Of a DNA stretch of 64,000 nt, positions 9,601 through 19,320 are shown in pieces (the first letter of the stretch is position 1; the number at the start of each line of letters is the position of its first letter). Position numbers and translations under genes: made by a program. The stretch covers positions 29,884 to 93,883 of the forward strand of contig NZ_JACHGT010000021.1 of NCBI RefSeq assembly GCF_014202425.1. Direction: 5' to 3'. This stretch comes from Phytomonospora endophytica (GTDB lineage Bacteria; Actinomycetota; Actinomycetes; Mycobacteriales; Micromonosporaceae). Under the pieces are notes generated by a model. It was given only the letters and a program-made list of their open reading frames with translations, had not been told where the DNA came from and ran no database searches.

Positions 9601-10268
9601 GCACAGCTCAACCCAAAAGCGACGACCGGACCGTGGTGCACGTGCTGCGCCACGGCGAGGTGCACAACCCGGCGCGCATCCTCTACGGGCGCATCCCCGG
9701 CTACAAGCTGTCGACCCTCGGCGAGCAGATGGCCGAGGTCGCCGCGCGATCCCTGGAAGGACGCGACGTGACCTACGTCGTCGCGTCCCCACTGGAGCGT
9801 GCGCAGCAGACCGCGGAGCCCTTCGGGAAACTCTTCGCCACGCAGGTCGCCGTCGACGAGGACCTCATCGAGTCGGAGAACTTCTTCGAGGGCAAGGTCG
9901 TCTCGGTCGGCGACGGCGCCCTGCGCAGCCCGCGCAACTGGTGGCGCCTGCGCGACCCGTTCACGCCCTCGTGGGGCGAGCCGTACCGGATGATCGCCAA
10001 GCGCATGTTCACCGCGCTGCACGCCGCGCGCGTCAAGGCGCAGGGCCATGAGGCGGTGTGCGTCTCGCACCAGCTGCCGATCTGGACGCTGCGCCGTTAC
10101 GCCGAGGGCAAGCGCCTGTGGCATGACCCGCGCCGCCGCCAGTGCGCCCTGGCCAGCCTCACGTCCTTCCACTTCGAGGGCTCGAAGCTGGTCGGGATCG
10201 GCTACGACGAACCGGCCGCCGCGCTCGTCGCGCAGTCGGCGACCGCCGCCCAGGCCAAGGGCGCCTGA
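9597..10268 (+). CDS. Histidine phosphatase (phosphoglycerate-mutase-like) family protein
   Basis: RHGE motif (VLRHGEVHN). GTGA overlap with the hemL stop. Sits in the conserved position between hemL and the ccs genes in actinobacteria. Confidence 0.75.
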   Translation: MSTAQPKSDDRTVVHVLRHGEVHNPARILYGRIPGYKLSTLGEQMAEVAARSLEGRDVTYVVASPLERAQQTAEPFGKLFATQVAVDEDLIESENFFEGKVVSVGDGALRSPRNWWRLRDPFTPSWGEPYRMIAKRMFTALHAARVKAQGHEAVCVSHQLPIWTLRRYAEGKRLWHDPRRRQCALASLTSFHFEGSKLVGIGYDEPAAALVAQSATAAQAKGA

Positions 10269-10269
10269 C

Positions 10270-10869
10270 GTGCGACTGAAATCCCTCGGCCTCGCGCTGT
10301 CCGCGTTGTTCCTGCTGTCCGCCTGCGGTTCGGGCGGCGACGCCGCCACCAACCAGCAGCGCTTCGTCAGCCAGGACGGGCAGACGACCCTCTACGACGA
10401 CCCCGCCGACCGCCCCAAGGCCCCGGCGCTGTCCGGTGAGGACCTGGCCGGCAACGCCCTGGACATCGCCGCCGCCTACCCCGGCAAGGTCATCGTCGTG
10501 AACTTCTGGGCCTCCTGGTGCCCGCCGTGCCGCGCCGAAGGCCCCGAACTGGTCGCCGTCGCCGAGGCCACCGCCGACCTCGACGTGCAGTTCGTCGGCA
10601 TCGACATCCGCGACGAGCGCAGCAAGGCCGAGGCCTTCGAGCAGGGCCTGGGCGTGCCGTACCCGAGCTTCTTCGACCCGTCGGGCCGCCTGGCGATGCA
10701 GTTCGCCGACGTTCCACCGACGACCATCCCCGCCACCATCGTCATCGACCGCGAAGGCCGCATCGCCGCCGTCTTCCGCAAGGCGCTGCTCGCCTCCGGC
10801 CTCCAGCCGACCGTCGAGCAGATCGCACTGGAGGCGGGGCCGCGCCCGATCCCCTCGGGTTCCGGGTGA
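10270..10869 (+). CDS. resA: Thiol-disulfide oxidoreductase lipoprotein, ResA/TlpA family
   Basis: Lipobox LLSAC and thioredoxin CPPC motif (WASWCPPCRAE). Confidence 0.8.
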   Translation: MRLKSLGLALSALFLLSACGSGGDAATNQQRFVSQDGQTTLYDDPADRPKAPALSGEDLAGNALDIAAAYPGKVIVVNFWASWCPPCRAEGPELVAVAEATADLDVQFVGIDIRDERSKAEAFEQGLGVPYPSFFDPSGRLAMQFADVPPTTIPATIVIDREGRIAAVFRKALLASGLQPTVEQIALEAGPRPIPSGSG

Positions 10870-11038
10870 ATATGTTCGCCGCGACCATCGAACAGAGCGG
10901 ACGTCCGCGCGAAGCCCGCACCCTCGACGTCCGCGAGCTGACCGTGCGCACGTGGACCTGAAAGTCGATCACCCCCACCATGGTTCTACGATGTGTCGAA
11001 CTTGTCCCACTAGCCTCGCGCGCTGAGAGGAGGCCCCG

Positions 11039-11788
11039 GTGAACGGATTCTCCGAGATCGCCACCGGCGGCCCGCTGCTCATCGCCATGGCGGTGGCGGC
11101 GCTCGCCGGGCTGGTCAGCTTCGCCTCCCCGTGCATCCTCCCGCTGGTGCCCGGTTACCTCTCCTACGTGACGGGCCTTGCCGGGTCGGACCTCGACTCC
11201 GGGAAGCGTCGCGGCCGGATCATCGCCGGGTGCGCGCTGTTCATCGCGGGCTTCACCGTCATCTTCGTGCTGCTGAGCTTCGCCTTCGCCGCGATCGGGC
11301 AGACGCTGCTGCTCAACCAGGAGACGGTCGAGCGCTGGGTCGGGGTGGCGATCATCGCCCTCGGCGTGGTGTTCCTCGGCGTCATCCCCGGCACGCGCGG
11401 GATGTGGCGTACCAACCGCAAGCTCCCCGACGCCGGGCTGATCGGCGCGCCCGTCCTCGGCGCGGTCTTCGCGCTGTCGTGGACGCCGTGCCTGTCGCCG
11501 ACGCTCGGCGCCGTGCTGGGCATGTCGGCGATCTCCGGCCAGTCGGGCCGCGGGGTGGTCCTCGCCGTCGCCTACTGCCTCGGGCTCGGGCTGCCGTTCC
11601 TGGTCTTCGGCCTCGGGTTCCGCAAGTTCCTCGGGGTCTTCTCCTTCATCCGCCGCCACAGCCGCTGGGTCACCGCCGTCGGCGGGGTCCTGCTGATCCT
11701 GGTCGGCCTCGCGCTGGTCACCGGCGTGTGGATGGACTTCAACAACTGGCTGCGGGCCGAGGTCGGGCCGGTCGAGGTGGGCATATGA
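11039..11788 (+). CDS. ccdA: Cytochrome c-type biogenesis protein CcdA (DsbD-family thiol-electron transporter)
   Basis: GTG start. Polytopic membrane protein with paired Cys (SPCILPLVP… WTPCLSP). Confidence 0.85.
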   Translation: MNGFSEIATGGPLLIAMAVAALAGLVSFASPCILPLVPGYLSYVTGLAGSDLDSGKRRGRIIAGCALFIAGFTVIFVLLSFAFAAIGQTLLLNQETVERWVGVAIIALGVVFLGVIPGTRGMWRTNRKLPDAGLIGAPVLGAVFALSWTPCLSPTLGAVLGMSAISGQSGRGVVLAVAYCLGLGLPFLVFGLGFRKFLGVFSFIRRHSRWVTAVGGVLLILVGLALVTGVWMDFNNWLRAEVGPVEVGI

Positions 11789-13362
11789 GCGTCGACGTGC
11801 AGGAGCGCCCGGGCGCGGCCTCGCCGAAGCGGAAGCGTCCGGTGTGGAAGCGGCCGCTCGCCGTCGCCCGCAAGTGGTGGGGCCAGCTGACCAGTATGCG
11901 CACGGCGCTGATCCTGCTGTTCGCGCTCGCCGTCGGCGCGATCCCGGGCTCGATCCTGCCGCAGCGCACGGTCAACGTCGAGAACGTCAACAAGTACTTC
12001 GCGGAGAACCCGGGCCTGGCGAAGTTCCTCGACCACCTGTGGATGTTCGACGTCTACGCCGCACCCTGGTTCGCCGCCGTCTACGGGCTGCTGTTCATCT
12101 CCCTCATCGGCTGCCTCGTCCCGCGCCTGCGCGAGCACTTCGACGCCCTCCGGCGCCGTCCGCCCGACGCGCCCGCGCGGCTCGACCTCATGCCCGAGAA
12201 CGCCTCGTGGGCCGATGACGCCGCCGAGGGCGCCGATGTGGTCGACCGCCTGCGGACCCTGCTGCGTTCGCGCCGGTACCGCACGGTCGTCCGCGAGCAC
12301 GCCGACGGCACGGTCACCTTGAGCGCGGAGAAGGGCTACCTGCGCGAGACCGGCAACCTGGTCTTCCACTTCGCGCTCGTCGGGCTGCTGATCGGGGTCG
12401 CCTTCGGCGCCCTGTTCGGCTGGCACGGCAACCGGGTCCTCGGCGAGGGCCCCGACAACGCCTTCTGCAACAACCTCCAGCAGTACGACGACTACGGTCT
12501 CGGCCCGAACGTCAGCCCGGCCGAGCTGCCGAAGTTCTGCATCGAGCTCGCGTCCTTCAAGGCCGACTACCTCGACAACGGCCAGCCGATCCAGTACTCC
12601 GCCGAGCTCCTCTACGGCGAGGGCGGCGGCATGCCGGACGAGACGTTCCACCTTGAGGTCAACGAACCCCTGCGGCTCGACGGGAACAACGTCTATCTCC
12701 TCGGCCACGGGTACGTCCCGATCATCGAGTTCACCGACCAGTACGGCAACGTGCAGACCTCGAACACGCCCTTCCTGGCGATGAACCCGTCGATGCTCAG
12801 CGAGGGCGTGGCGATCTTCCCCGACGCCAACATCACCCCCGACGGTGTGCGGGACAAGACGAAGCAGGTCGCCTTCGAGGGCATGTTCATGCCGACGGCG
12901 CCCGAGGAACCCCCGTACACCAGCTCCCTGTTCCCCGAACCGAACAACCCCGCCGTCATGCTCTTCCCCTACGTCGGCGACACCGGCCTCGACCGGGGCA
13001 AGCCCGGGTCGGTCTACGCGCTCGACCGGCAGCAGGTCGCCTCCGGCGCGCTGCAGGCCGAGGGCGAGGGTTTCCTGCTGAGGATGGGCGAGTCGAAGGC
13101 CGTCGCGGGCGGGACCGTCACCTTCAAGGAGCTCCAGCAGTACGCCGTGCTCCAGACCCGCTCCGACCCCGGTGAGGGGATCGTCCTGTGGTCGTCGGTG
13201 GCGCTGCTCGCCGGACTGCTGCCGTCCCTGCTGGTCAAGCGCCGCCGGGTGTGGTTCCGCGTCAAGGGGAACGACGTCACCGCGGGCGGCCTGCCCCGTA
13301 CCGAGAACCAGACTTTCGCCGCGGAGTTCGGCGAACTCGTCGCCAAGGCCAAGGAGTCTTAA
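11785..13362 (+). CDS. resB: Cytochrome c biogenesis protein ResB/Ccs1
   Basis: ATG 11785 overlaps the ccdA stop. ResB-like N-terminal TM segments and a large extracytoplasmic domain. The longer ORF 11131.. is an out-of-frame artefact. Confidence 0.85.
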   Translation: MSVDVQERPGAASPKRKRPVWKRPLAVARKWWGQLTSMRTALILLFALAVGAIPGSILPQRTVNVENVNKYFAENPGLAKFLDHLWMFDVYAAPWFAAVYGLLFISLIGCLVPRLREHFDALRRRPPDAPARLDLMPENASWADDAAEGADVVDRLRTLLRSRRYRTVVREHADGTVTLSAEKGYLRETGNLVFHFALVGLLIGVAFGALFGWHGNRVLGEGPDNAFCNNLQQYDDYGLGPNVSPAELPKFCIELASFKADYLDNGQPIQYSAELLYGEGGGMPDETFHLEVNEPLRLDGNNVYLLGHGYVPIIEFTDQYGNVQTSNTPFLAMNPSMLSEGVAIFPDANITPDGVRDKTKQVAFEGMFMPTAPEEPPYTSSLFPEPNNPAVMLFPYVGDTGLDRGKPGSVYALDRQQVASGALQAEGEGFLLRMGESKAVAGGTVTFKELQQYAVLQTRSDPGEGIVLWSSVALLAGLLPSLLVKRRRVWFRVKGNDVTAGGLPRTENQTFAAEFGELVAKAKES

Positions 13363-14384
13363 TGCCCGACGTGGATGCGACACTCGCCAACACCGCCGAC
13401 AAGCTATTCGTCGCCACGATCGTGTTCTACGCCGTGGCGATGCTCGGATACGCCCTGGAGTACGCCTTCGGGCGCAAGGCCGCCGCCGTCGCCGGGGCCC
13501 GGTCGAAGGTCCTCGCCGGAGCCGGCGGACCCGACCACGCCGAAACGTCCGATGTGGACGACGGCGAGGACGGGCACGTCGACGAACGCGCCGAACGCCT
13601 CGGCATCACCATGAACCAGGCCAACCGCGCCGGCGTGGTCGCCCTGTGGCTCACCTGGATCGGCGCCGCGCTGCACCTGAGCTGCCTGGTCCTGCGTGCG
13701 TGGTCGGTCGGGCGCGTGCCGTGGGGCAACATGTACGAGTTCATCATCGCCGTCTGCCTCGTCGGTGTCGGCACCTGGCTCGTCGTCGTCGCGACCGGTC
13801 TGGCCGCCCGCCGTCTCGGGCTGTTCACGACGCTCGTCGCGATCCTCCTGCTCGGCACCGCCACCCGCCTCTACACCGAGGCCGCGCCGCTGGTGCCCGC
13901 GCTGAACTCCTACTGGATCGCCATCCACGTCACCGCCGCAGTGCTGGCCAGCGGGATCTTCATGGTCGGCTTCGTGCCGGCCGCGCTCCAGATCATCCGC
14001 CGCCGTTACGACCAGGTCGAGGGCAGTGGCAGGAAACCGCGCTTCCCGATCACCCTCGGCGAGCGGCTCCCGGCGGTGGAGAACCTGGAGCGGCTGGTCT
14101 TCAAGCTGCACGTCTTCGCGTTCCCGCTGTGGACCTTCGGGGTCATCGCGGGCGCGGTGTGGGCCGAGCGCGCCTGGGGCCGCTACTGGGGCTGGGACCC
14201 CAAGGAGATCTGGTCCTTCATCGCGTGGGTCGTCTACGCCGCCTACCTGCACGCCCGCGCGACCGGCCCGGGCGGGCGCAAGCTCGCGCCGTGGATCGTC
14301 GTGCTCGGCTGGGTCACGATGATCATCAACCTGTTCGGGGTGAACCTCGTGGTGAGCGGGCTGCACTCCTACGCGGGGGTCTAG
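13362..14384 (+). CDS. ccsA: Cytochrome c-type biogenesis protein CcsA/ResC
   Basis: ATG overlaps the resB TAA. Trp-rich WGxxWxWD motif (YWGWDPKEIWSF). Confidence 0.85.
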   Translation: MPDVDATLANTADKLFVATIVFYAVAMLGYALEYAFGRKAAAVAGARSKVLAGAGGPDHAETSDVDDGEDGHVDERAERLGITMNQANRAGVVALWLTWIGAALHLSCLVLRAWSVGRVPWGNMYEFIIAVCLVGVGTWLVVVATGLAARRLGLFTTLVAILLLGTATRLYTEAAPLVPALNSYWIAIHVTAAVLASGIFMVGFVPAALQIIRRRYDQVEGSGRKPRFPITLGERLPAVENLERLVFKLHVFAFPLWTFGVIAGAVWAERAWGRYWGWDPKEIWSFIAWVVYAAYLHARATGPGGRKLAPWIVVLGWVTMIINLFGVNLVVSGLHSYAGV

Positions 14385-15037
14385 AAAGCCCAGAGCGGGT
14401 TCAGCTCGTGCAGTACGGCGATCACGAGCACCGGCACGGTGAACAGGTTGACCGCCGTACCGGTGAAGCGGGCCGCCGGGGACGTCTTCCGCCCGAGCCG
14501 GATGGAGAGGACCACGGCGGCGAAGGTGAACGCGGCGGCCACGAACATGACCGGCGAGTCTTGCACGTAGAAGTAGAAGTCCCCCATGAGGAACAGCGCG
14601 AGCCCGACGCTCAAGATGAGCGCGCGCGCCACCCACCAGCCGGGCCGTAGCGCGTAGAGCATGTCCGTGGCCCGGCGGTAGGCGAAGAGCTCGCCGAGGA
14701 AGCCGTCGGCGCGGTCGGCGACGGCGTGCCAGTCCACTGTCGACGGTGGTGCGGCGGCGACCATGGCGGTTCCGGCGAAGGCGGGTTGCGGCATCCGCGC
14801 TCCCGTGTCGGCCGTCGTCGGCAGGGTCGAGCGGAGTTCCGACGCGTAGGCCTCCGGGGGGCCCAGGCGGGTCGCGAGCGGGACGGCCGTGGTGATCTCG
14901 CCGGCGACCTCGGTGAGGTGGTCGATGAGGTCGCCGATCAGTTCGCCGCGGACGTGCGGCGGCAGGTCGGACAGCGCGTCCTCGACGGCGGCTATGTAGT
15001 GGGCGATCTCGTCGTCGCGGGTGCCGGTGACGTTCAC
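14381..15037 (-). CDS. HAAS-domain (PadR-associated) transmembrane protein
   Basis: Ten nt downstream of PadR. N-terminal helical domain then 2-3 TM helices, matching the usual PadR partner architecture. Confidence 0.5.
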   Translation of the reverse strand: MNVTGTRDDEIAHYIAAVEDALSDLPPHVRGELIGDLIDHLTEVAGEITTAVPLATRLGPPEAYASELRSTLPTTADTGARMPQPAFAGTAMVAAAPPSTVDWHAVADRADGFLGELFAYRRATDMLYALRPGWWVARALILSVGLALFLMGDFYFYVQDSPVMFVAAAFTFAAVVLSIRLGRKTSPAARFTGTAVNLFTVPVLVIAVLHELNPLWAF

Positions 15038-15047
15038 TCGGATTCTC

Positions 15048-15395
15048 CTAGCGGGCTCGGTTGCCGAGGAGGTCGCCCATCGTGTCGGCGAACTCGGTCC
15101 AGGTCTTGGCGGCCAGGTCGAGCTGGACCCGGCCGGAGTAGTTGAGCGAGTAGTACTTGCGGTGCGGTCCGGAGTCGCTGGGCACGACGTAGGTCACGAG
15201 GTGGCCGGCCTGGAAGAGCCGCCGCAGGGTGCCGTAGACGGAGGCGTCGCCGACGTCGGTGAAACCGGCCTGCCGCAGGCGCCGCAGGATGTCGTAGCCG
15301 TAGCCGTCCTGGTCTTTGAGCACGGCGAGCACGGCGATGTCGAGCACTCCTTTGAGCAGCTGCGTTCTGTCCACAGGGGACAGGCTACTTCGCAA
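15048..15395 (-). CDS. PadR family transcriptional regulator
   Basis: Winged-helix PadR pattern (LKGVLDIAVLAVL…GYGYDILRRL…). Confidence 0.75.
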   Translation of the reverse strand: MRSSLSPVDRTQLLKGVLDIAVLAVLKDQDGYGYDILRRLRQAGFTDVGDASVYGTLRRLFQAGHLVTYVVPSDSGPHRKYYSLNYSGRVQLDLAAKTWTEFADTMGDLLGNRAR

Positions 15396-15522
15396 TGCGG
15401 AATAGTGTCAATGGCGCACTAGTGATCGACGGGACCGGCGAGCCGCCGTTTTCTCGCTTGCCCCGGTCGCCGAGCGGGGGACATGATCACCTGGTCCACT
15501 CCTCTGCGAACCGGAGTCAGCC

Positions 15523-16761
15523 GTGCTCCCCCTCCTGCGCGACCGTCGCTTCCAGGCCTTCTGGCTCGGCCAGGCCACCAGCGTCGTCGGCGTCGGCGTC
15601 ACCGTCGTGGCGCTGCCCGGTCTGCTGCTGACGCACCGCAGCGGCACCGACTTCGCCTACGTCCTGGCCGCCCAGGCCGGTACGGGCGCCTTCTGCACGA
15701 TCTTCGGCGGGGTCTTCGCCGACCGGTACTCCCGCAGCATGCTCATGGCCGTGTCCGACGTGCTCTGCATCCTCGGGGTGGGCGCCTATCTCGCGCTCGG
15801 CGCGAACGGTCCACTATGGGCACTGCTGCTGTCGGCGGGCGTGATCGGCGTCGGGACCGGCCTCTACCAGCCCGCGCACCGGGCCGCGATGCCGCAGATC
15901 GTGCCCGGGGAACTCCTGGAACGCGCCAACGCGCTCGACTCGGCCACGAAACGGATCGGGATGGCCGCCGGTTCGGCACTCGGCGGACTGCTGATCGCGA
16001 CGGTGAACCCCGAGGTCGCGCTCGTCGTGAACCTCGGCACCTACGCCGTCAGCCTCGCGACCCTGCTCTTCCTGCGGCTCCCGGCGGTCACCGGCGGCGG
16101 CTCGGGCGGCGGGATCGCCGCGGTGTTCCGGGAAGCGGGCGAAGGCGTGCGGATCGTGCTGCGCAACCGCTGGGCCACCGCGATCATGGTGCAGGGCACC
16201 ATCCAGGTCTTCTTCCTCTTCGCGCCCAACTACATCCTCACCGCCATCGTCGCCGCCGAGCGTTACCCGAAAGGCGCCTACGGCTGGATCATGACCGCTG
16301 GTTTCGTCGGCGCGCTCGCCGGTTCGCTGATCTCCGGGCGGATCAAGGCGAAGCGGCCGGGTCTGCTCGCGATGAACGCGCTGGTGCCGTGCGCGGCCTT
16401 GCCCGTCTGCCTGGTCTGGAACGTGCCGCTGTGGGCCTTCTGCGCGATCGCGTTCCTCGCCTGGGCCGGGATCTCCACCTTCTTCGTCTTCTGGCTGTCG
16501 GCGCTGTCGCGGGCCTTCCCGCCGGAGGTGCACGGCCGCGTGTTCGGCATCGAGCACCTCCTGACGTTCTGCCTGGACCCGGTCGCCAAGGCGGTGATCC
16601 CGGCCGTCGCGCTGGCGGTCGGCATGGGAGTGTTCGGGATCGTCGCGGCGGTCGTGCTGCTGGTGAGCACCTACGCCGTACTGCTGGTGCCGGGCGCGAT
16701 CAGACTCTCGACTCCGTCAGACGCGCCGAAGCCTCCTTCCGTGCCGACAGCTGCCCACTGA
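15523..16761 (+). CDS. MFS transporter
   Basis: GTG start. Twelve predicted TM helices and a conserved MFS loop (GVFADRYSR). Confidence 0.8.
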   Translation: MLPLLRDRRFQAFWLGQATSVVGVGVTVVALPGLLLTHRSGTDFAYVLAAQAGTGAFCTIFGGVFADRYSRSMLMAVSDVLCILGVGAYLALGANGPLWALLLSAGVIGVGTGLYQPAHRAAMPQIVPGELLERANALDSATKRIGMAAGSALGGLLIATVNPEVALVVNLGTYAVSLATLLFLRLPAVTGGGSGGGIAAVFREAGEGVRIVLRNRWATAIMVQGTIQVFFLFAPNYILTAIVAAERYPKGAYGWIMTAGFVGALAGSLISGRIKAKRPGLLAMNALVPCAALPVCLVWNVPLWAFCAIAFLAWAGISTFFVFWLSALSRAFPPEVHGRVFGIEHLLTFCLDPVAKAVIPAVALAVGMGVFGIVAAVVLLVSTYAVLLVPGAIRLSTPSDAPKPPSVPTAAH

Positions 16762-17563
16762 GCACGATCCACAGGCACAGCGCGCCCATCGGGACGAGCA
16801 TCAGCAGGGTCACGACGATCGCGTCGAGCTCGCCGCCCTCGCCGGCGGTGAGCAGGGTCGCGGTGAGCAGCGACAGGACCATGTTGTTCCCGGCGTGGGC
16901 GAGACTGGCCGTCCAGATCGTGCCGCTGCGGATCCGCAGCCAGCTCAGCATGATCTCCTGGAGCAGGAACGAGGCCGTCCACACGAGCAGGCCCAGGGCG
17001 ACGTTGGAGTACTCGGCGTAGCCAAGGAAGGCCAGCGGATAGTGCCAGACGGCCCAGATCAGGCCCGTGGCGACGGTCGCGGCGACGGGCCGGCCGCGGT
17101 AGATCCGCAGCCGCAGGTAGCTCGTCCAGCCGAACTCCTCGCCCCAGTAGATCGGGATGAGGACGATGACGAGGGCCTGGAGGCCCAGGATCACCGCCCA
17201 CCAGGGGATCCCGAACCCGTCGAGCGCCGACAGGTCGGGCGTCCACAGCCCGGTGGCCGCGGCGACGACGCAGGTCGCGACGGCGATCGCGAGCGGCGCC
17301 AGCCACGCGACCAGGTAGTGCCACCAGGCCTTCCGCAGGCGCGGTTTGAGGCCGGCGTCGGCGAAGCCCTCGCGCGTCACCCACCTGCGGACGACGAAGG
17401 CCGCGATCGCCGGCAGGAACGCCATCGGCAGCTGTGCGAGGGGATTGACCAGGGACCAGTCGAGGACCAGCCGTGCGAAGAACTGGTAGCCCCAGGTGGC
17501 CCCGAAGGAGATGAGCAGGAACACCGCCAGGCCCTTGTGCCTGGCGAGAAGTGAAGCGGACAC
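16700..17563 (-). CDS. CPBP-family intramembrane metalloprotease (CAAX protease-like)
   Basis: GTG with GGAAGGA RBS. Motifs EEFGWTSYLR, AVWH and HAGNN. The 3' end overlaps the MFS gene convergently by ~60 nt. Confidence 0.7.
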   Translation of the reverse strand: MSASLLARHKGLAVFLLISFGATWGYQFFARLVLDWSLVNPLAQLPMAFLPAIAAFVVRRWVTREGFADAGLKPRLRKAWWHYLVAWLAPLAIAVATCVVAAATGLWTPDLSALDGFGIPWWAVILGLQALVIVLIPIYWGEEFGWTSYLRLRIYRGRPVAATVATGLIWAVWHYPLAFLGYAEYSNVALGLLVWTASFLLQEIMLSWLRIRSGTIWTASLAHAGNNMVLSLLTATLLTAGEGGELDAIVVTLLMLVPMGALCLWIVLSGQLSARKEASARLTESRV

Positions 17564-17736
17564 GTGCGTCCTTCCGGTCGACGGCAACCGGGACAGCGTC
17601 GCCGCCGAAGGGGGTCGCGCGCATCGCGCGTGAGAGGGGGATCGGGCCTCCCGCGAAAGGGCCGGGAACCGCTCGCTCGGAAGAGGGAGACGCGCCGACG
17701 GTCGCGGCATCATCGTGACCGTCGGCGCGGGTCGAT

Positions 17737-17871
17737 CTACTCGTCCGCGTCCGGGGCGGGCTTCTCGGGCTCGCCGGTCGGACCGGTGTAGTCATCCTCG
17801 GCGGGGTCGCCCGTGGGACCGGTGTAGTCGTCGCCCACCGGAGCCGTTCCCGTGCCGTCGTGGTCCCCCAT
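17737..17871 (-). CDS. Small acidic tandem-repeat peptide (44 aa; DDYTGPTG x2)
   Basis: ATG 17869-17871 with GGAGAAGGA RBS. Product MGDHDGTGTAPVGDDYTGPTGDPAEDDYTGPTGEPEKPAPDADE. Second peptide of this style in the window. Confidence 0.35.
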   Translation of the reverse strand: MGDHDGTGTAPVGDDYTGPTGDPAEDDYTGPTGEPEKPAPDADE

Positions 17872-18081
17872 GATCCTTCTCCTCTTCCGTGTGGCGCGCG
17901 CATCCCCGCGGGCGCCGTACCTCCACCATCGCACCGATCCGCGCGTCGTGAACCGGCAGAAAGGCTCGCCGCTACCGCCGGTGGGCCCCACGGTGACCTC
18001 GGTCATTGGTATGACCTGGGCGAGCGGTTTTCCCTCCTTGGAGGGAGGTGCGCGCCTGACGTCTCACGCACACTTCTTGTC

Positions 18082-19320
18082 ATGCGGAAACTCCTCGGTG
18101 CCCTGGTCGGCGTGCGCGCCTTCAACGGCTGGATCCACGGTCTGGCCGGTTTTGTCCTCGGCATGCTCCCGTTGCCCGTCGCCCTCGTGTTCGCGCTCGC
18201 GGTGCGCTCACCTAAACCCCTGGGGGTCTTCGCCTTCGCGGTCGTGTGGACCGTGCTGATCGCCGCGCTGGGCCTCCCGGACCCGATCCGCTCCTTCCAC
18301 GTCCGCCTCGGCAACCGCCTGCTCGGGACGTCCCTGCCCCGCCCGGCGGGCGGCGGCTGGCCGAACCGTTTCCGCACTTCGGCCTGGACGGTCCTGCACG
18401 CCCTCGGCGGCGGGCTGCTGGCGTCGGCGGCCTTCATCCTCGTGCTGGCCGCGTTCACACCCATGTTCGTGTGGGCGAGCGGTGGCGGGAAGCTCGCCTA
18501 CTTCGACATGGAGATCACCGTCGGCGGTGGCGTCGAGGGGGTGTGGACCTTGCCGGTCGCCGCCTTCTACCTGGTCCTGCTCGCCGCGGCGGGCACCCTG
18601 GTGACCTTCGCCCAGCGCCGTCTCGCGCCGGTCCTGCTCGGCCCGCGCAACGCCGAGAAGGTCGCCGTCCTCGAAGAGCGCACGGCCGTGCTGACCCAGC
18701 GCAACCGGCTCGCGCAGGAGCTGCACGACTCGATCGGCCACACCCTGACGACCTCGACCATCCAGGCCGCCGTCGCCGGGCGCCTCATGGAGCAGGACCC
18801 CGAGACCGCCCGTCGCGCGCTCAACAGCATCGAGGAGTCCTCGCGCACCGCGCTCGAAGACCTCGACCACGTCCTCGGCATCCTCCGCGACGGCCGCACC
18901 GCCACCAAGGCCCCGGAGCGGACCCTCGTCGACCTGCCCGCGCTCTTCGAGCACGTCCGGCAGACCGGCACCGCCGTCGACGCCGTCGTCAGCCGCAGGC
19001 TCGACAAGGTCCCCTCGACCGTCTCGCGCGAGGCCTACCGGATCGTTCAGGAAGGGCTGACCAACGCCGTCCGGCACGCCGGGCCGGTCCCGGTGAGCGT
19101 CCGCGTCGAGGATTCGGGTCCCTGGCTGCACGTCGAGCTGAGCAACCCCATCGAGCAGCGCGCCCTCCGTCCCGAGCGGGACGGCGGCGGTCACGGCCTG
19201 GTCGGCATCGTCGACCGCGTCCGCCTCCTGCGCGGCGAGGTCACCTTCAGCCCCGTCGAGGCCGAGGACGGACCGCACTGGCGCCTTGCGGCCCGCCTTC
19301 CCCTGAGAGCCGGCGCATGA
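18082..19320 (+). CDS. Sensor histidine kinase (HisKA_3/NarL-partner type) with polytopic N-terminal membrane domain
   Basis: ATG 18082. TM segments, then ELHDSIGHTL H-box and a HATPase_c region. Confidence 0.8.
   Translation: MRKLLGALVGVRAFNGWIHGLAGFVLGMLPLPVALVFALAVRSPKPLGVFAFAVVWTVLIAALGLPDPIRSFHVRLGNRLLGTSLPRPAGGGWPNRFRTSAWTVLHALGGGLLASAAFILVLAAFTPMFVWASGGGKLAYFDMEITVGGGVEGVWTLPVAAFYLVLLAAAGTLVTFAQRRLAPVLLGPRNAEKVAVLEERTAVLTQRNRLAQELHDSIGHTLTTSTIQAAVAGRLMEQDPETARRALNSIEESSRTALEDLDHVLGILRDGRTATKAPERTLVDLPALFEHVRQTGTAVDAVVSRRLDKVPSTVSREAYRIVQEGLTNAVRHAGPVPVSVRVEDSGPWLHVELSNPIEQRALRPERDGGGHGLVGIVDRVRLLRGEVTFSPVEAEDGPHWRLAARLPLRAGA

Noticed and set aside
8248-9792. 514-aa minus-strand ORF antisense to hemL
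   Set aside because: hemL on the plus strand is unambiguous. The antisense translation is low complexity.
11131-11784. N-terminal 218 codons of ORF 11131..13362 overlapping ccdA
   Set aside because: Out of frame with ccdA and Arg-rich. The true resB start is ATG 11785, coupled to the ccdA stop.
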